A DNA stretch of 64,000 nucleotides from Chromera velia (taxonomy: Eukaryota), in contig JAHBMJ010000444.1 of the NCBI GenBank assembly GCA_018398765.1, forward strand, positions 62,001-126,000, given 5' to 3'. This document shows, piece by piece, positions 63,019-64,000 of this stretch. Made by a program: the position numbers and the translations under genes. The notes under the pieces are model-generated. The model did no database searches, was not told the origin of the DNA, and saw only the letters and a list, made by a program, of their open reading frames with translations. Position 1 is the stretch's first letter. The number at the start of each line of letters is the position of its first letter.

Positions 63019-64000
63019 CTACAGGCCCTCCTGGGAATGCTCCCTATCAGGTGGTTGGTGCTGGGTCGGATCACTCGCAGAAGGTAAGGGGAACGGTGGA
63101 GCGAAACCTAGTGGGGCAGTCAGATTCGAACTTGTGACGAGGCCTGCTGGGGGGTTTGCTCCCCAGGTGAATGGAGTGATCAGATGGGTATCTCCAGACG
63201 GTCCTGGCCACCGCGCAGGTGGGGGTCCGGGAGGCGGAGGGGGCACGCTACCGAGGGGCCCTAAGCTCCTTGTCTGAGAAAGTTGCAAACAGGCACTCTC
63301 CTCTCCTTGTTGTTTCGTAAGCACGGCGGAGACTTGAACCAACGCCGTCCAGACTTCTTTCCAGATGGTTGCTTGCAAAGCTTCAATCAGCATTTGATGA
63401 ATGTTTGGGGAGTTTTTCAGTATCTCTCGTACCCCTTCTCTAATGAGCACTTGAAGGATACCTGGGGAGTCTAGCACTGACGTGTTCGACAGGGGGTTCA
63501 CGTAGAGAGAGGGGAACGGTTTTACTGTTGGCACTGTATGTGGGTTTTGAACGATACACCCATCGATCGGAATGGTACCAGAGGGGAGGAGAGGGAATTG
63601 GTAGCCTCGCTCTGCCAATGAAGTTCCTTGGGGGGCTGTGTGGGCTGTTGTGGGAGAGGGGTAGGGGTTGCCTGGCAGAAGCTCAGCCCGGGAGCCGTTA
63701 AGGTCTGTCTGGAACGTCTTGCCGACGCTTGCAGGGTGAGAGTCTACCTGAATTTCGGCTGCAAGTACTTTGTAGGGCGGCAGCGCGTTGCACACTTATG
63801 TGCAATCTGACAGCCTGGATGTGTAGTGAAAAATCGGCTCGGATACGGAGCAAGGCAGTGGGAGACTCACTATGGCGTCTCGGTTTGCAGTTCGCTTTGG
63901 TTGGGGATGGCGATGATGCAAGGCTATTGGTGTAGCAGCTTTGGGTCTGGGAAAGCGTCTGCGGTCCTGCCAGTGGTGCGAGAGCGGTAGCAGGAAGGGA
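63019..64000 (-). pseudogene. Extra ORF upstream of gag, unknown function; begins beyond the window edge
   Basis: The frame of ORF 63019-63795 stays open to position 64000 except for one TAA at 63796-63798. It has a helical core (ILQVLIREGVREILKNSP..LIEALQATIWKEVW) and a Pro-rich tail. Confidence 0.5.

Larger units (their letters stand above)
49811..64000 (-). mobile_element. Large decayed Ty3/Gypsy LTR retrotransposon with integrase chromodomain; 5' LTR beyond the right edge
   Basis: Minus-strand order is extra ORF, gag, PR, RT, RH, IN, chromodomain, ~5.6 kb spacer, PPT, LTR. Linking the LTR to this pol is inferred from matching orientation. Confidence 0.8.

Noticed and set aside
62259..63137. 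292-aa plus-strand ORF
   Set aside because: Antisense shadow of gag with no independent coding features.

Overview
This is eukaryotic nuclear DNA with GT-AG introns and abundant microsatellites. A carrier protein with a signal peptide plus transit-like leader suggests an alga or alveolate with a complex plastid (chromerid-like; inference only). Host genes: a spliced TMEM131-like membrane protein running off the left edge, a probably plastid-targeted mitochondrial-carrier-family transporter, an AIG1/rolling-stone-like membrane protein, a large low-complexity nuclear protein, a PDE12/CCR4-type EEP phosphodiesterase, transportin-1, and a small intronless P-loop protein resembling a domain found in dsRNA viruses. 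Three decayed mobile elements are present. The first is an intron-containing P-element-like DDE transposase with an N-terminal zinc finger, a canonical PCNA PIP box and an extra C-terminal domain (about 10.7-15.9 kb). The second is a 5'-truncated LINE with a (CAT)n tail (23.3-25.9 kb). The third is a >14 kb chromodomain-bearing Ty3/Gypsy element (49.8 kb to the right edge) with a 1.35 kb 3' LTR, a ~5.6 kb extra 3' region and an extra ORF upstream of gag. The point lesions I could read in the elements and between tandem repeat copies are mostly explicable as C>T/G>A, hinting at methylation- or RIP-like repeat mutagenesis. All family assignments come from motif recognition by eye; no searches were run.
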